A stretch of 64,000 bases of DNA from a virus: positions 1 through 64,000 of the IMG/VR virus record IMGVR_UViG_3300025000_000064; one strand, written 5' to 3'. The position numbers and the translations under genes are program-made. Under the pieces are notes generated by a model, which searched no databases, was not told where the DNA came from, and saw nothing but the letters and a program-made list of their open reading frames with translations. How positions within the stretch are numbered: position 1 is the stretch's first letter; every line of letters starts with the position of its first letter. Shown here piece after piece: positions 48,082 through 57,862 of the stretch.

Positions 48082-48261
48082 TTATAAACTTTGATAATAC
48101 TTCTTTGCCTCTTTTAAAAGAGAAAGTAGTTCTATATATTTTTTTTTATCCTCTATTGCTTTCTCTATTCTGGGGACAAGTACTGGACAATCTTTTTTAA
48201 AATAATCCCTTCTTTGTTCCAATTCTCTTAATGTTTGAGCATGTATATATGTATATTTCAT
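48082..48261 (-). CDS. Hypothetical 59 aa protein
   Basis: Not in track; AGGAG SD; MKYTYIHAQTLRELE. Confidence 0.6.
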   Translation of the reverse strand: MKYTYIHAQTLRELEQRRDYFKKDCPVLVPRIEKAIEDKKKYIELLSLLKEAKKYYQSL

Positions 48262-48274
48262 TTGATATTTTCTC

Positions 48275-48712
48275 CTATTTTATTTCTATTGCCTCTTTAT
48301 TTTTATGTTTTGTGTGCCAATAATAATCATAGCATGGAATATCATTTGGAAATATGTCTTTATAAAATTCATAATTCTTAAATAATAAAGCTTGCCTATG
48401 ACTTCTATGAAATTCTTCTAAGCCAATGAATTCTGGCAATGAAAAATTATCATTAATATTGACATCATATAATTTCATTGTGTTTTTATATCCTCGTCTT
48501 ATCCATTCTAAAATCATACAATTGCAATAATATTTTAATGCTTCTATATTATCTTTCCACATCAATGTTGCAGGGTGATTCTTCCAGCCTTTTGATTTAT
48601 TTTCTAATGTATTTATAATCTGAAAAGCCTCCACTCTTTGCTTTCCGAGCCTTCTATAGTCTAAAGCTTTTGCTGATTCATTAAAGTCAGGAAACGGTAA
48701 AAATGTTTGCAT
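48275..48712 (-). CDS. Pyrimidine dimer DNA glycosylase-like protein (MSMEG_6728 family)
   Basis: MQTFLPFPDF..SA..LD.RRLGKQRVEA.QI, HPA..MW, H.SHR..LL.K. Confidence 0.85.
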   Translation of the reverse strand: MQTFLPFPDFNESAKALDYRRLGKQRVEAFQIINTLENKSKGWKNHPATLMWKDNIEALKYYCNCMILEWIRRGYKNTMKLYDVNINDNFSLPEFIGLEEFHRSHRQALLFKNYEFYKDIFPNDIPCYDYYWHTKHKNKEAIEIK

Positions 48713-48765
48713 ATATTTCTCCTATATATAATGTATAAACTTTGCCTTATTTATTAATTAATCTC

Positions 48766-48797
48766 ATAATATATCCACTTGGGGGATTTGTCAACCT
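48766..48797 (-). promoter_or_regulatory. Early-type promoter heading the MII operon
   Basis: AGG-TTGACA-17-TATTAT. Confidence 0.7.
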
Positions 48798-48909
48798 AAA
48801 TTTATATTATTATATAATTATGTTACAAAATAAATAAAAGAAAGGATATTTGAATATCATTATAATCTATATCTATAAAAAGTAAAGCATTAATTACAAA
48901 GGAGAAATC

Positions 48910-49365
48910 ATGAACAAGCTAACACTATTAAGACAAGTCATTGAAAGAGAAGACATTTTGGATGAAAGATTCATTGAGAAATCTTATTTTAAAAATGAAG
49001 AAGATTATTTGTCAATTCTAACAAACACAATTAAAACATTAAAAAAACATGGAATCAATTCACTCATCGGAAACAAAGATTTAAAGATACTTTATTCGCA
49101 AAGAAAAAATGTTTTATTTATATCTCAGCATGCCATCATGGATATTGAAGAAATAATCTCCGTAACAGACGATATGAAGAAAGCAGGAATAAAAGGAGAA
49201 ACGATAACACAAAAATATTCTTTGGAAGATGAGTTCATACTGCACACAATTAGAAATCCTAAAAATGAACTTCTATCAGACTTATCAATTAAGAAATTAC
49301 CAAAACCAAAAATTGACAACAGACAAGTTATAAACACAGTTAAAGATATCAAGAAAGCAAGCTGA
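48910..49365 (+). CDS. Hypothetical protein
   Basis: AGGAG SD; divergent from the MII operon. Confidence 0.7.
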   Translation: MNKLTLLRQVIEREDILDERFIEKSYFKNEEDYLSILTNTIKTLKKHGINSLIGNKDLKILYSQRKNVLFISQHAIMDIEEIISVTDDMKKAGIKGETITQKYSLEDEFILHTIRNPKNELLSDLSIKKLPKPKIDNRQVINTVKDIKKAS

Positions 49366-49444
49366 TACAAATATATCTAAAACATATTTAAGATGTTTTT
49401 ATCACAGTAACTATGCAGAGAATTAATTTAAAGAAAGGCAAATT

Positions 49445-49849
49445 ATGAATACTAAATTAGATAAAGAAATAAATGAATACCAAACAATAATAGAAGATGC
49501 TCAAAAAATTATAGAAAAGTTAAAAGCAAAAAGTGAAGTTATAAAAAATATAGAAAATGAAAAAATAAAGACAGAACATAAGAAGCCAAAACTCTCAGAC
49601 TTTAAAAGATTATATTTCAAAGGTGATAAAATATTAGAAGAGAATCATGACAACATAGAACTAACAGTTAATGATGAAGACTTCACTAAAACAACGCAAA
49701 AAAGATTCTCTGAATATTCTAAAACTTATGACATACCTTTGGATATTCATGGAATAAAAGTTGATGATAAAGTTCAATGGTGCAAAGAGATAACATATAA
49801 GGGCATAAATAAAGAGTTTAAAAATAATAGATTATTATTAGCTAAATAA
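49445..49849 (+). CDS. Hypothetical protein
   Basis: N-terminal coiled coil. Confidence 0.7.
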   Translation: MNTKLDKEINEYQTIIEDAQKIIEKLKAKSEVIKNIENEKIKTEHKKPKLSDFKRLYFKGDKILEENHDNIELTVNDEDFTKTTQKRFSEYSKTYDIPLDIHGIKVDDKVQWCKEITYKGINKEFKNNRLLLAK

Positions 49850-49872
49850 AATGTAAAGAAACATTGCAAAAT

Positions 49873-49912
49873 AAAAGAGCCTATTGACTAGGCTCTTTTT
49901 GTCGTTTATAAT
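49873..49912 (+). promoter_or_regulatory. Terminator hairpin with embedded promoter
   Basis: AAAAGAGCCTA-TTGAC-TAGGCTCTTTT; TTGACT (49884-89)-17-TATAAT (49907-12). Confidence 0.7.
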
Positions 49913-49944
49913 AAAGATTGAGTAAGTAATATTTAGGAGGTTGT

Positions 49945-50163
49945 ATGCGTTGTATTGATTGTTTTAAATACGAAAAAGAAATTGTTTCTATCAAGATGGA
50001 TTTGGAAACACTAATAGAAGAGTTATTAGATATTGATACAAATAATATCAAAGCAAATTCCATATTAAGTAAATATTTTGATTTATCAATGAATAGAAAA
50101 AAAGATATTGATAAATTTTATATTGATAAGTTACCAGTTAGGAAAGTAGTGAGTATAAGATAG
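49945..50163 (+). CDS. Hypothetical protein
   Basis: AGGAGG SD; C..C start. Confidence 0.7.
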   Translation: MRCIDCFKYEKEIVSIKMDLETLIEELLDIDTNNIKANSILSKYFDLSMNRKKDIDKFYIDKLPVRKVVSIR

Positions 50164-50170
50164 GAGCATC

Positions 50171-50929
50171 ATGGGATATTTAGCTTTAACAAAACCAAAA
50201 ATAAATAAAATGTTCAAACTTATTTTATTGTTGGATTCAGACAAATTGGTTGCCAATAGGTTGAATATTGGGCTTCTTTGCTTTAGAAGATATATTTCTG
50301 AAGGGAAAGAGATAGAAACAAAGTTTGAAAAGCTGCTTGAGCTTCATGGTTTTTATTCTTACGATATATCTGATAAGTTAGATGATTTTGAAAACTTAAA
50401 ATTTGAATATGAAAGACAGTTCATGGAAGAAAATGACTTGGAAAAATTGGATTATTATTCAAGAAGACAGTTCAAGCATTACTTAAAATATCAAGAGGCT
50501 GTATATTTAGAAGAAATTGTTTCTGATATTGAATGGAACATATTGAAAAATATAACTTTTTCTAAAAATAACGATGTCCTGAATAGCAATATAAAAATAT
50601 ATATTCATTTTTACAGAACCTATATGAGAGCCAAATGCGCATTAGAAGAAGATTATTTAGCTAAACTTAAAGAAGTTATAACAGATGCCAAGAATATCAG
50701 AAGCTTAGAGAAGAGGCTTGCCAAATTAGACAAAGAGGAATTTCAAGACGAAGTTCCAGATAAAACCGTTAATAATAATTACAACTTTACAATTCTGGAT
50801 GGCTTATTGCAATATGAAAAAAATAAAACTTTGCCAAATCCAAATGTTCCAAGATTGACAGATGAATCAAATATCATTGATGTAGAATACGAAGTTGATA
50901 AAAACAAAGACGAGGAGTATGATTTATAA
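50171..50929 (+). CDS. Possible terminase small subunit
   Basis: N-terminal HTH-like part, Y..AK.ALE..YL..L helix, LEKR, C-terminal IIDVEYEV. Confidence 0.35.
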   Translation: MGYLALTKPKINKMFKLILLLDSDKLVANRLNIGLLCFRRYISEGKEIETKFEKLLELHGFYSYDISDKLDDFENLKFEYERQFMEENDLEKLDYYSRRQFKHYLKYQEAVYLEEIVSDIEWNILKNITFSKNNDVLNSNIKIYIHFYRTYMRAKCALEEDYLAKLKEVITDAKNIRSLEKRLAKLDKEEFQDEVPDKTVNNNYNFTILDGLLQYEKNKTLPNPNVPRLTDESNIIDVEYEVDKNKDEEYDL

Positions 50930-51339
50930 TGGACAGAATGGAAGAAGGTTGTGAATTTTTTGTTAAAGATACAAAAGGTTGCATGCTTGCAAATAATGTT
51001 AGCAAAGGTTGGAAAACAATAACCAATTTTAAATGCGAATATAATGATTGTTATTATAAACAATTTAAAGAGAAAAGCAAAAGGCTTAATGATTTATACA
51101 ATAACAGTTTAAAATTTAAGACCAATATATTTGATGCTTTAGAATTAGACGTTGATGGAAAACCCATTAGTGAAATAAAGACATTAAAAGATAGGGTTAG
51201 TGATTCTGAAAAAATATTGCATGATATAATAAGTAGAAAGAAGGGTTGTGATTGCGAATTACAATCTTGGGGATGTTCTGGTTTGGAACTATGTACTGTT
51301 ATTAGCCTAGTGGAAGATTATCTGAGAGGAATAAAATGA
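50929..51339 (+). CDS. Cys-rich hypothetical protein
   Basis: CYYKQF motif as in 23242-23601. Confidence 0.65.
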   Translation: MDRMEEGCEFFVKDTKGCMLANNVSKGWKTITNFKCEYNDCYYKQFKEKSKRLNDLYNNSLKFKTNIFDALELDVDGKPISEIKTLKDRVSDSEKILHDIISRKKGCDCELQSWGCSGLELCTVISLVEDYLRGIK

Positions 51340-51482
51340 GTTTAACATTAAAACAAATTAGAGAAGTATTAAAGAGCTGTGCAGATGACGATGATTATAT
51401 TTTCGTAAAAGTAGAAGACTTAATGGAAGAATTAGAAAAAGCAGAACAATATCCTTAAATAATAAACAATAAGCAAACTAAA

Positions 51483-51505
51483 AGCCCTCTTTCGAGGGCT
51501 TGTTT
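51483..51505. terminator. Terminator between convergent operons
   Basis: AGCCCTC-TTTC-GAGGGCT (GAAA loop on minus strand). Confidence 0.75.
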
Positions 51506-51529
51506 ATGTCTAATTAGTTTACAATAATG

Positions 51530-51775
51530 TCAAACAACCTTTTCTGTTTCATAAACATTTTTAATATTTGTATTAAAGTATTTACCAATGCTTTCTGCTG
51601 CAATCAATTCATTAAAGACAACTTCTGGAACTTTATAGTAATTGTAAAGATTGCCTCTTGTAAATTCCACAACCAATGTTTGTGTTTTTGCCGAATATTC
51701 AACTGAAGCTATCATGCTTGAGTCAACTATTTGCTTCTTAATAACCCATACTTTGTTTTCTAAATTGTTTTCCAT
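51530..51775 (-). CDS. KTSC domain protein
   Basis: VDSSMIASVEY......L.VEF..G..Y.Y..VP..VF..L..A.S.GKYFN..IK. Confidence 0.9.
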   Translation of the reverse strand: MENNLENKVWVIKKQIVDSSMIASVEYSAKTQTLVVEFTRGNLYNYYKVPEVVFNELIAAESIGKYFNTNIKNVYETEKVV

Positions 51776-52219
51776 TTACATCTCCTTAATATATTCTTTT
51801 ATAACATTAAACAAAAATGAATATTGCTGATATGTGAATTCTTGTCTTTCAAATAAATCATTTCTTATTTTTTCATTGTTGAATGTTAATTTTATTATCT
51901 TATTATATCTCATGTCATTTATAAATGCAATGATATATTTTGTTGATTTATTTAAATATAACATTTTTAATATTTCAAAAACTTCTAATTGAGATATGTC
52001 ATATTCTCTGCCAGTCTTATTTTCAGGTCTATATTCGTCCAAATATATTTCCAATATCATTCTAGCGTCTTCAATGGTCATATATCTTAGACATTTTAAG
52101 TTTGGAATTAATTTATGTCTTAACATACAGGGAGGAGATTTAACATGTTTTTCTCCCTGTTCATACAATGAATCCGCAACGGAGAATGAATCATCAATAA
52201 CATCTTTAACACATAACAT
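51776..52219 (-). CDS. Hypothetical protein
   Basis: ORF in operon. Confidence 0.65.
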   Translation of the reverse strand: MLCVKDVIDDSFSVADSLYEQGEKHVKSPPCMLRHKLIPNLKCLRYMTIEDARMILEIYLDEYRPENKTGREYDISQLEVFEILKMLYLNKSTKYIIAFINDMRYNKIIKLTFNNEKIRNDLFERQEFTYQQYSFLFNVIKEYIKEM

Positions 52220-52298
52220 ATATACTTCCCTTTCTTATCTTTCTACTATTTAATTATATACCATTGGGCAATATAAATAAACATATATTTAGAGGATG

Positions 52299-52571
52299 TT
52301 ATATATTTGTTACAATATTAAAAGGCTGTACATTTGTCATGCTCTTTGTTAATTCTATGGTAAAACAAAGCTTTCTCTCTTTTTTATATTTCTTCTTCAG
52401 TTTCCTTGGAAGTTTTGTTCTCTTTACCTTGTATCTGATTATATTATTTTTAGCACACATATTATCAAGATAAAGAGATATATTATTTTTATATAATTTT
52501 TGCTTGTCTATAATAGGTGTGACTAAATAATGTTTTAAATACTCACATAATTCATTCTTTATATTTTCCAT
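52299..52571 (-). CDS. Hypothetical protein
   Basis: Overlaps the end of the A1-like gene. Confidence 0.5.
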   Translation of the reverse strand: MENIKNELCEYLKHYLVTPIIDKQKLYKNNISLYLDNMCAKNNIIRYKVKRTKLPRKLKKKYKKERKLCFTIELTKSMTNVQPFNIVTNI

Positions 52572-54418
52572 GAATATTTACCTTTATGATTTATCATATT
52601 GATTAGAGTTCTGCTTCCATTTGGATATATAATTCCCATGCAGTGAATCCATGCACTTGGACCTTTAACATATGTTAATTTTAGTTTAGACAATGTTCCT
52701 GTCTGATAAACTCCTCTATGGATGCATGGAGAATGAGAGTGACATATAAATGATTTTTCATAGCATCTTTCTATATTTTTAGCAGAACCCTTACTTCCAT
52801 TTGGACCAAGATGTCCATGATTATTCATCTGAATACCACTTATTTTATAATCTTCATCATAATCTAGCCATTTTACTTCTATATCTTTAGATATTCCGAT
52901 TTGTTCTTCCATCATAAATTTTAAAGGATTTTTGCCATCTATCAAAGCTTTGCATAAATCTAAAGAATATCTTAAATTACATGGGTCATTTATGAATCTT
53001 CCCTCTTCCAAATATCTATCAAGAAAAGCATCATGGTTTGACCGAACAATAAATATTTTGCCATCAATCCAACTCCCAACATCTTCAAGATATGCTTTTA
53101 TTATGTTGCCTTCTTTTTCTATTGAGCTTATCCCCTGCAAGTTATTTATGGCTCTTATTGCTGGTTTATTTTGTATATGGTGACTTATGCATTCCCCATC
53201 AAATATATCGTGTAAAAATATGTCTTTTATATTATTAAAATAAACAATTTTTTTTACTTCTTTGTGAATATTATCATCTTTTACTGATATGTGAGAATCA
53301 CCAAAGACAGCCGTTGAGCCAAATATATCCTGTATGCTTCCATCTGAGAAATATTCTGTATTTAAATCGGCTATACTATTATTGTCGCTTATTTGTATTT
53401 GCCTGAAATGAAATATTTCATCACTCTCTATTTCTACAACTATAGCTCCTATTATATGGTCATTTTCTGCTATTTTAGATAATCTCTTACTCATATAATA
53501 GTCATTAGAATTATAATCATTCTCCGTTATTGCACCTGTACTCATTATAGCTAAAGGTAGCTTATAATTAGAAGTGGGAATGAACTCTAAGAATTGCTTT
53601 GTTGAGGCTAAAATCATGCTTCCATTTTTTTGAGCTAAACGAGATAAGCCAGTTAAAGGCAATATTTGTTTGGCTGATACTTTTATGTCGGACAGAAATA
53701 TATTATTATTAAGATAAGTATCATCATGAATAACACAAAAATCTTTTAATTTAGGAGGAAGTTGCCATTGGTATTCGCTAATTCTGCTTGCTATATCTTC
53801 ACATGGCAATATTAAAACTAAGGCATCGTTATTTTCTGAATAATTCTTTAAAGCTTTATAAAAACCTTCATGTATTTTCTTTCCAGAAACTGCGGTTGTT
53901 ATTACGAATCTTTTATATCTCTTTATTTTTTCATTTACTTTGTCATCGTATTCTTTTGTTAGCATACTTTCGTTTAATATATTTTCATTCAATTCTGGAT
54001 AATCTAATAATGTTTGATTATATAGTTCCATCATATTAGAATATTCTTCTTTAAAATTTAATTTTGTTTTAAAGAAACTTTCATAGTCTTTTTTTGTTGG
54101 AACAAAATTATTTAATTCTATATATTTTTTTAAATTATCTTTAATTACTTTAAATGTCAAATCTTCGCTTTTTATATTTAGCTTAAGTTGAGGCTGAGTA
54201 ATCGGCACTGGAAAAAATAAATTTCTTGCAACTGCAAAGCCACCAAGTTCTGTTAAGTTGTCTTTATGGATACGAGGACTAAAATTATTATCAATAACAC
54301 AACGTATATATTCATCTCTTTTTATTTCATTAACGGGAATGTTTAATAAAACAGAAACTTCTTTCATTGAAGATTTAAATAATTCAATTAAATCTTTATT
54401 GGGAATATTCTTAACCAT
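52559..54418 (-). CDS. T5 A1-like protein, metallophosphoesterase/nuclease fold
   Basis: RFVITTA, PLTGL, STGAIT...Y, H.IGA..VEI, FGDSH, HDIFDG..ISHH, SNHD.FLDRY, HGH.GPNG, HSHSP. Confidence 0.7.
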   Translation of the reverse strand: MVKNIPNKDLIELFKSSMKEVSVLLNIPVNEIKRDEYIRCVIDNNFSPRIHKDNLTELGGFAVARNLFFPVPITQPQLKLNIKSEDLTFKVIKDNLKKYIELNNFVPTKKDYESFFKTKLNFKEEYSNMMELYNQTLLDYPELNENILNESMLTKEYDDKVNEKIKRYKRFVITTAVSGKKIHEGFYKALKNYSENNDALVLILPCEDIASRISEYQWQLPPKLKDFCVIHDDTYLNNNIFLSDIKVSAKQILPLTGLSRLAQKNGSMILASTKQFLEFIPTSNYKLPLAIMSTGAITENDYNSNDYYMSKRLSKIAENDHIIGAIVVEIESDEIFHFRQIQISDNNSIADLNTEYFSDGSIQDIFGSTAVFGDSHISVKDDNIHKEVKKIVYFNNIKDIFLHDIFDGECISHHIQNKPAIRAINNLQGISSIEKEGNIIKAYLEDVGSWIDGKIFIVRSNHDAFLDRYLEEGRFINDPCNLRYSLDLCKALIDGKNPLKFMMEEQIGISKDIEVKWLDYDEDYKISGIQMNNHGHLGPNGSKGSAKNIERCYEKSFICHSHSPCIHRGVYQTGTLSKLKLTYVKGPSAWIHCMGIIYPNGSRTLINMINHKGKYSWKI

Positions 54419-54536
54419 GATTCTCTCTTTCTATTTTACTAAAGCTTCTAACAAATGAATATTATATCCTATTGTAAATCCTATTAAGCAGAAAAATATT
54501 GCTACTGCAAACATAAATTCTATGATGTATTTATTT

Positions 54537-55031
54537 TTATTCATAGCTATTCACATATTTCGTATAATGCCAAGTATCAATGCCATATTTTTTAAACATA
54601 TCACAATTTTTTTTAGAATCGTCTATTGCTAATATTGGATTGTAATCAGGCAATATCATTTTAGTTAATATTTCTTCTTTTACAATATCTGAATGGTTAT
54701 AATCATTATATTTTCTCATTAATAATTTATGAGGAGATTGTATTGGAGCAAAGCCGTTGAATGCCAAATCTAATTGATTTAAAGTTATATTCAAAGTATT
54801 ATGTCCAACTAAAGACAGTTCTCTGCTCGTGACAAAGAATATGGGATATTTTTGAGATAGATATTTGATATAGTCAATCATAAAATAATTAGGCTTGCAT
54901 AGATGATACATTGTATTGAATCTATCCCATCCTTTTCTGTCTGTTTTAATCAAGGGAACTTCTTTTTCTAGTTCTCTTGAATCAAAAATGCAATTGTCAA
55001 TATCTGCTATTATTATCTTTACTTTGTCCAT
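54537..55031 (-). CDS. HAD-family phosphatase (polynucleotide kinase phosphatase-domain-like)
   Basis: ADIDNC, VTSR, LLMR, K..I, IDD....C.MF...GI. Confidence 0.8.
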   Translation of the reverse strand: MDKVKIIIADIDNCIFDSRELEKEVPLIKTDRKGWDRFNTMYHLCKPNYFMIDYIKYLSQKYPIFFVTSRELSLVGHNTLNITLNQLDLAFNGFAPIQSPHKLLMRKYNDYNHSDIVKEEILTKMILPDYNPILAIDDSKKNCDMFKKYGIDTWHYTKYVNSYE

Positions 55032-55646
55032 TTACGAATATTTATCCTGCTTTATCAATTCTAAATCAACTTCGATTGAATTACCAGAAATCTCATTGCC
55101 TACACAAACCCAATTACTTCGCTGTCTTCTAGCAAAAACTTCCAACATATTTCCTTCTGTTCCATAAAGTTGCTCTATTCTATTTTGTGCTTCTTCTGGT
55201 TTTTTAGAATGTATCCCTCTTGGCTCAATCATTATTTGCTTTATGTCTTTTCTTATTCTTTTTAGACCTTTTCCTCTTTTACCAATCAATAATAATTCAG
55301 CATTTCCATTAAAATAATGACCAAGCCCAGAATATATTCCACCTTTTAGCGTTATATCTTTACCTTCTTTTGTCACTTCTCCCTTTGGGTTAATTTTTAC
55401 CCATACCAAACCACAAGTTATATATTTAAATCCATTTCTTTCTATAAATTCAATACCTTCTTTGAGCTTTGGCATTGTTGACCACGAGAATAATAATGAA
55501 TCATTTTCTGCAACATCTGACAAGTTTAAATTATATAGGTCTTCATTTACCATGCTTTTATATGTTAGTCCACCCATAGCTGGGTCATTATTTTTTTTAT
55601 CGTTATAATCCCAAGGACAATCCGCAACTATTTTTGAAAATTTCAT
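55032..55646 (-). CDS. MT-A70-family adenine methyltransferase
   Basis: IVADCPW.Y, Y..M, LF.W.T, W.K, HS.KP.E....IE.L, LEVFAR. Confidence 0.85.
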   Translation of the reverse strand: MKFSKIVADCPWDYNDKKNNDPAMGGLTYKSMVNEDLYNLNLSDVAENDSLLFSWSTMPKLKEGIEFIERNGFKYITCGLVWVKINPKGEVTKEGKDITLKGGIYSGLGHYFNGNAELLLIGKRGKGLKRIRKDIKQIMIEPRGIHSKKPEEAQNRIEQLYGTEGNMLEVFARRQRSNWVCVGNEISGNSIEVDLELIKQDKYS

Positions 55647-55882
55647 ACGCTCTCACTTAATCATAAATTAAAACTTAAAATAAAAATATTTGGGGAAATA
55701 GATATATTAAAAATTATTTACCCAAATATAAACAAAATCACGCTTATCCCACAATATCTAACAGCCTACCTGTTTTGTTATTTCTTCTATCTGGCAACAG
55801 AGAAGTTTCAACTGGTCTGAATTCTAAACTGCTTTTATGTATTTTAGAATCATAATTTGGATTATAAATTTCTGTTGGTATT

Positions 55883-56209
55883 TTATTGATTTCCACTCTC
55901 TTCATCTTTTAACAAATCTCTTAATTTTTGACTGAATAATTTTGCCTTTGGAATTGATGTTAAAACAAATCTTGTTTTTTCTTCTAAGGAGTTAATCTTT
56001 GTTTCAAATTGAGAAATGATTTCATGCATTTTTTCTTTTAACAAAATTGTTTCTTCGCTGAATTCACTCACTTCTAAGTAAGCTTTGTCGATTGATTTAT
56101 CAATAACATCTGCTAATAAATTTGTTACTTTGTTGATTAAATCAACTGTTTTTGATAACTTTGGAATAAACATATTCACCTCTTTATTCTTAAAACTAAA
56201 ACCAAACAT
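55883..56209 (-). CDS. Hypothetical coiled-coil protein
   Basis: ORF in operon. Confidence 0.6.
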   Translation of the reverse strand: MFGFSFKNKEVNMFIPKLSKTVDLINKVTNLLADVIDKSIDKAYLEVSEFSEETILLKEKMHEIISQFETKINSLEEKTRFVLTSIPKAKLFSQKLRDLLKDEESGNQ

Positions 56210-56398
56210 TTATTTCTCTCCCTTGCAGCGTTCTATAAAATCTCCAATCCACTCTGGGGTATCTATTGTCCTGCTTTTTTGATGATAATATCTATAACAT
56301 CTTTGGCATTGCACATATCTCATCTCTGGCTTTGCAAAATACATAACTTTGCAATTTGGACATATTATTTGTTTTAAACTATTTATTAATGCACTCAT
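56210..56398 (-). CDS. Zinc-ribbon protein
   Basis: CPNC...CQRC. Confidence 0.7.
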   Translation of the reverse strand: MSALINSLKQIICPNCKVMYFAKPEMRYVQCQRCYRYYHQKSRTIDTPEWIGDFIERCKGEK

Positions 56399-56432
56399 GT
56401 TATATCCATCTTTATATCTCTTACACTTATAA

Positions 56433-56461
56433 ATTATGTATCATCTTATATATTTTGTCAA
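56433..56461 (-). promoter_or_regulatory. Sigma70-like promoter
   Basis: TTGACA-17-CATAAT. Confidence 0.5.
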
Positions 56462-56646
56462 GACACCTTTGATTTCCATTTTGATTTAGAAGATGTTATA
56501 TGGAATCCATTACAGGACCTGCAATAATAAACAGACAACTTAACTTTCTTGTTCTTTGCTGCCTTCATAGCTTTATCTGCTGTGTCAAATCTTTTCTTTC
56601 TTAAACATCCATTTAAGAAACTCTTAACAAATTTATCATTGCTCAT
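56458..56646 (-). CDS. Small zinc-binding phage protein
   Basis: C.RK.RF...A.....Y.C..C.GFH.TS. Confidence 0.7.
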   Translation of the reverse strand: MSNDKFVKSFLNGCLRKKRFDTADKAMKAAKNKKVKLSVYYCRSCNGFHITSSKSKWKSKVS

Positions 56647-56654
56647 CTTAGCAC

Positions 56655-56894
56655 CTAATTCGACATATACTCTTTTCTTGCTTTTCTGATAAAGTTTAAA
56701 GCATCAATTTTACTAACTCTGTGTTTTTTCCACTTACCATAAGTTGTGCAATCTTCAACAATAGTAAAGCCTTTATCATATCCTAAGCCATAATCATTTG
56801 AATATACTAACTTGTTATTGTTTGAATTTATATATCCATAATAATGAGGATTGCTTCTTTTATTATAGTTTATATTCTCATAAAAGTTTTTCAT
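56655..56894 (-). CDS. Hypothetical protein
   Basis: ORF in operon. Confidence 0.6.
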   Translation of the reverse strand: MKNFYENINYNKRSNPHYYGYINSNNNKLVYSNDYGLGYDKGFTIVEDCTTYGKWKKHRVSKIDALNFIRKARKEYMSN

Positions 56895-57018
56895 TTAAAA
56901 GATAGCTTTACATGCTAGAAAAATAATAACAGCAGACAATAAGAGAAATGTTAACTGCGACACTACGATGGCTATTATTTGCTCAACTTTATTCATCATA
57001 TTTCCTTTCATGAAGTTA

Positions 57019-57855
57019 TCATAAATACCTATTTAATTCATCTCTTATAATTACATTATCGTCTATAAGCTTATCTTTGTCAATATGTGTTATTTTTGAA
57101 TATTCTTCTTTAAATAAATTTTCTGATTGCAAATATATGTTATATAATAGTCTCCAGTGACTACCAATATTTTTATTAAATTCTTTATTATTATTATAAG
57201 CAGTTCCACCCTGAATTATCTTGTTTTTAAATCTATCATAACTTAATATTGGATAGTGTCTAATTATCATCTCTTTAGATATTAAAGGATAACAATCTAA
57301 AGACAGGTCAACACCATGATTCCCCTGCCAATTTGAAACGAAATTAGATAAAGAATATATGGCTTTATATTTATTTGCTTCGCAAGAATTTACAGCATTG
57401 AATAAGTTATATATCTTGCTTAATAATTCAGATGAATATTCTTTGCCTGTTGTTCTGTACTTAAATTCAGTAAAGTGTTTATTTACCTCTGGGAAATAAT
57501 TATGGAAAGGTATTTTTATTATATCCGAAACCAAAAATCCTGATTCTAATTGTTCTCTGTCAATATCCCAGAACTCATCAGCATCGCAACAAAAACAATG
57601 AGTGCAATTATATTTATGTTTAGCCAACAAGGACATTCTGTTATTCCAAACATATTGATTATAGTTATTGTCTTTTTCTATAATCAACTCATCAATAACC
57701 TGTTTTTGATATAGACTTTCCAATATCTCCCTTGTTTTATCATCAGAGTTATTATCGGTTACAATAATAACATCTGCAATATTTTTATGATAAGAGATAT
57801 TGTATTTTATTATATCTTCTTCGTTTTTTACCAACAAGCATTGTGCTAATTTCAT
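57019..57855 (-). CDS. Glycosyltransferase family 2
   Basis: LLVKNE.D.I...I.YH, DNNS.D.T.EIL, DADEFW, HG, HY. Confidence 0.85.
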   Translation of the reverse strand: MKLAQCLLVKNEEDIIKYNISYHKNIADVIIVTDNNSDDKTREILESLYQKQVIDELIIEKDNNYNQYVWNNRMSLLAKHKYNCTHCFCCDADEFWDIDREQLESGFLVSDIIKIPFHNYFPEVNKHFTEFKYRTTGKEYSSELLSKIYNLFNAVNSCEANKYKAIYSLSNFVSNWQGNHGVDLSLDCYPLISKEMIIRHYPILSYDRFKNKIIQGGTAYNNNKEFNKNIGSHWRLLYNIYLQSENLFKEEYSKITHIDKDKLIDDNVIIRDELNRYL

Positions 57856-57862
57856 AATTTAC

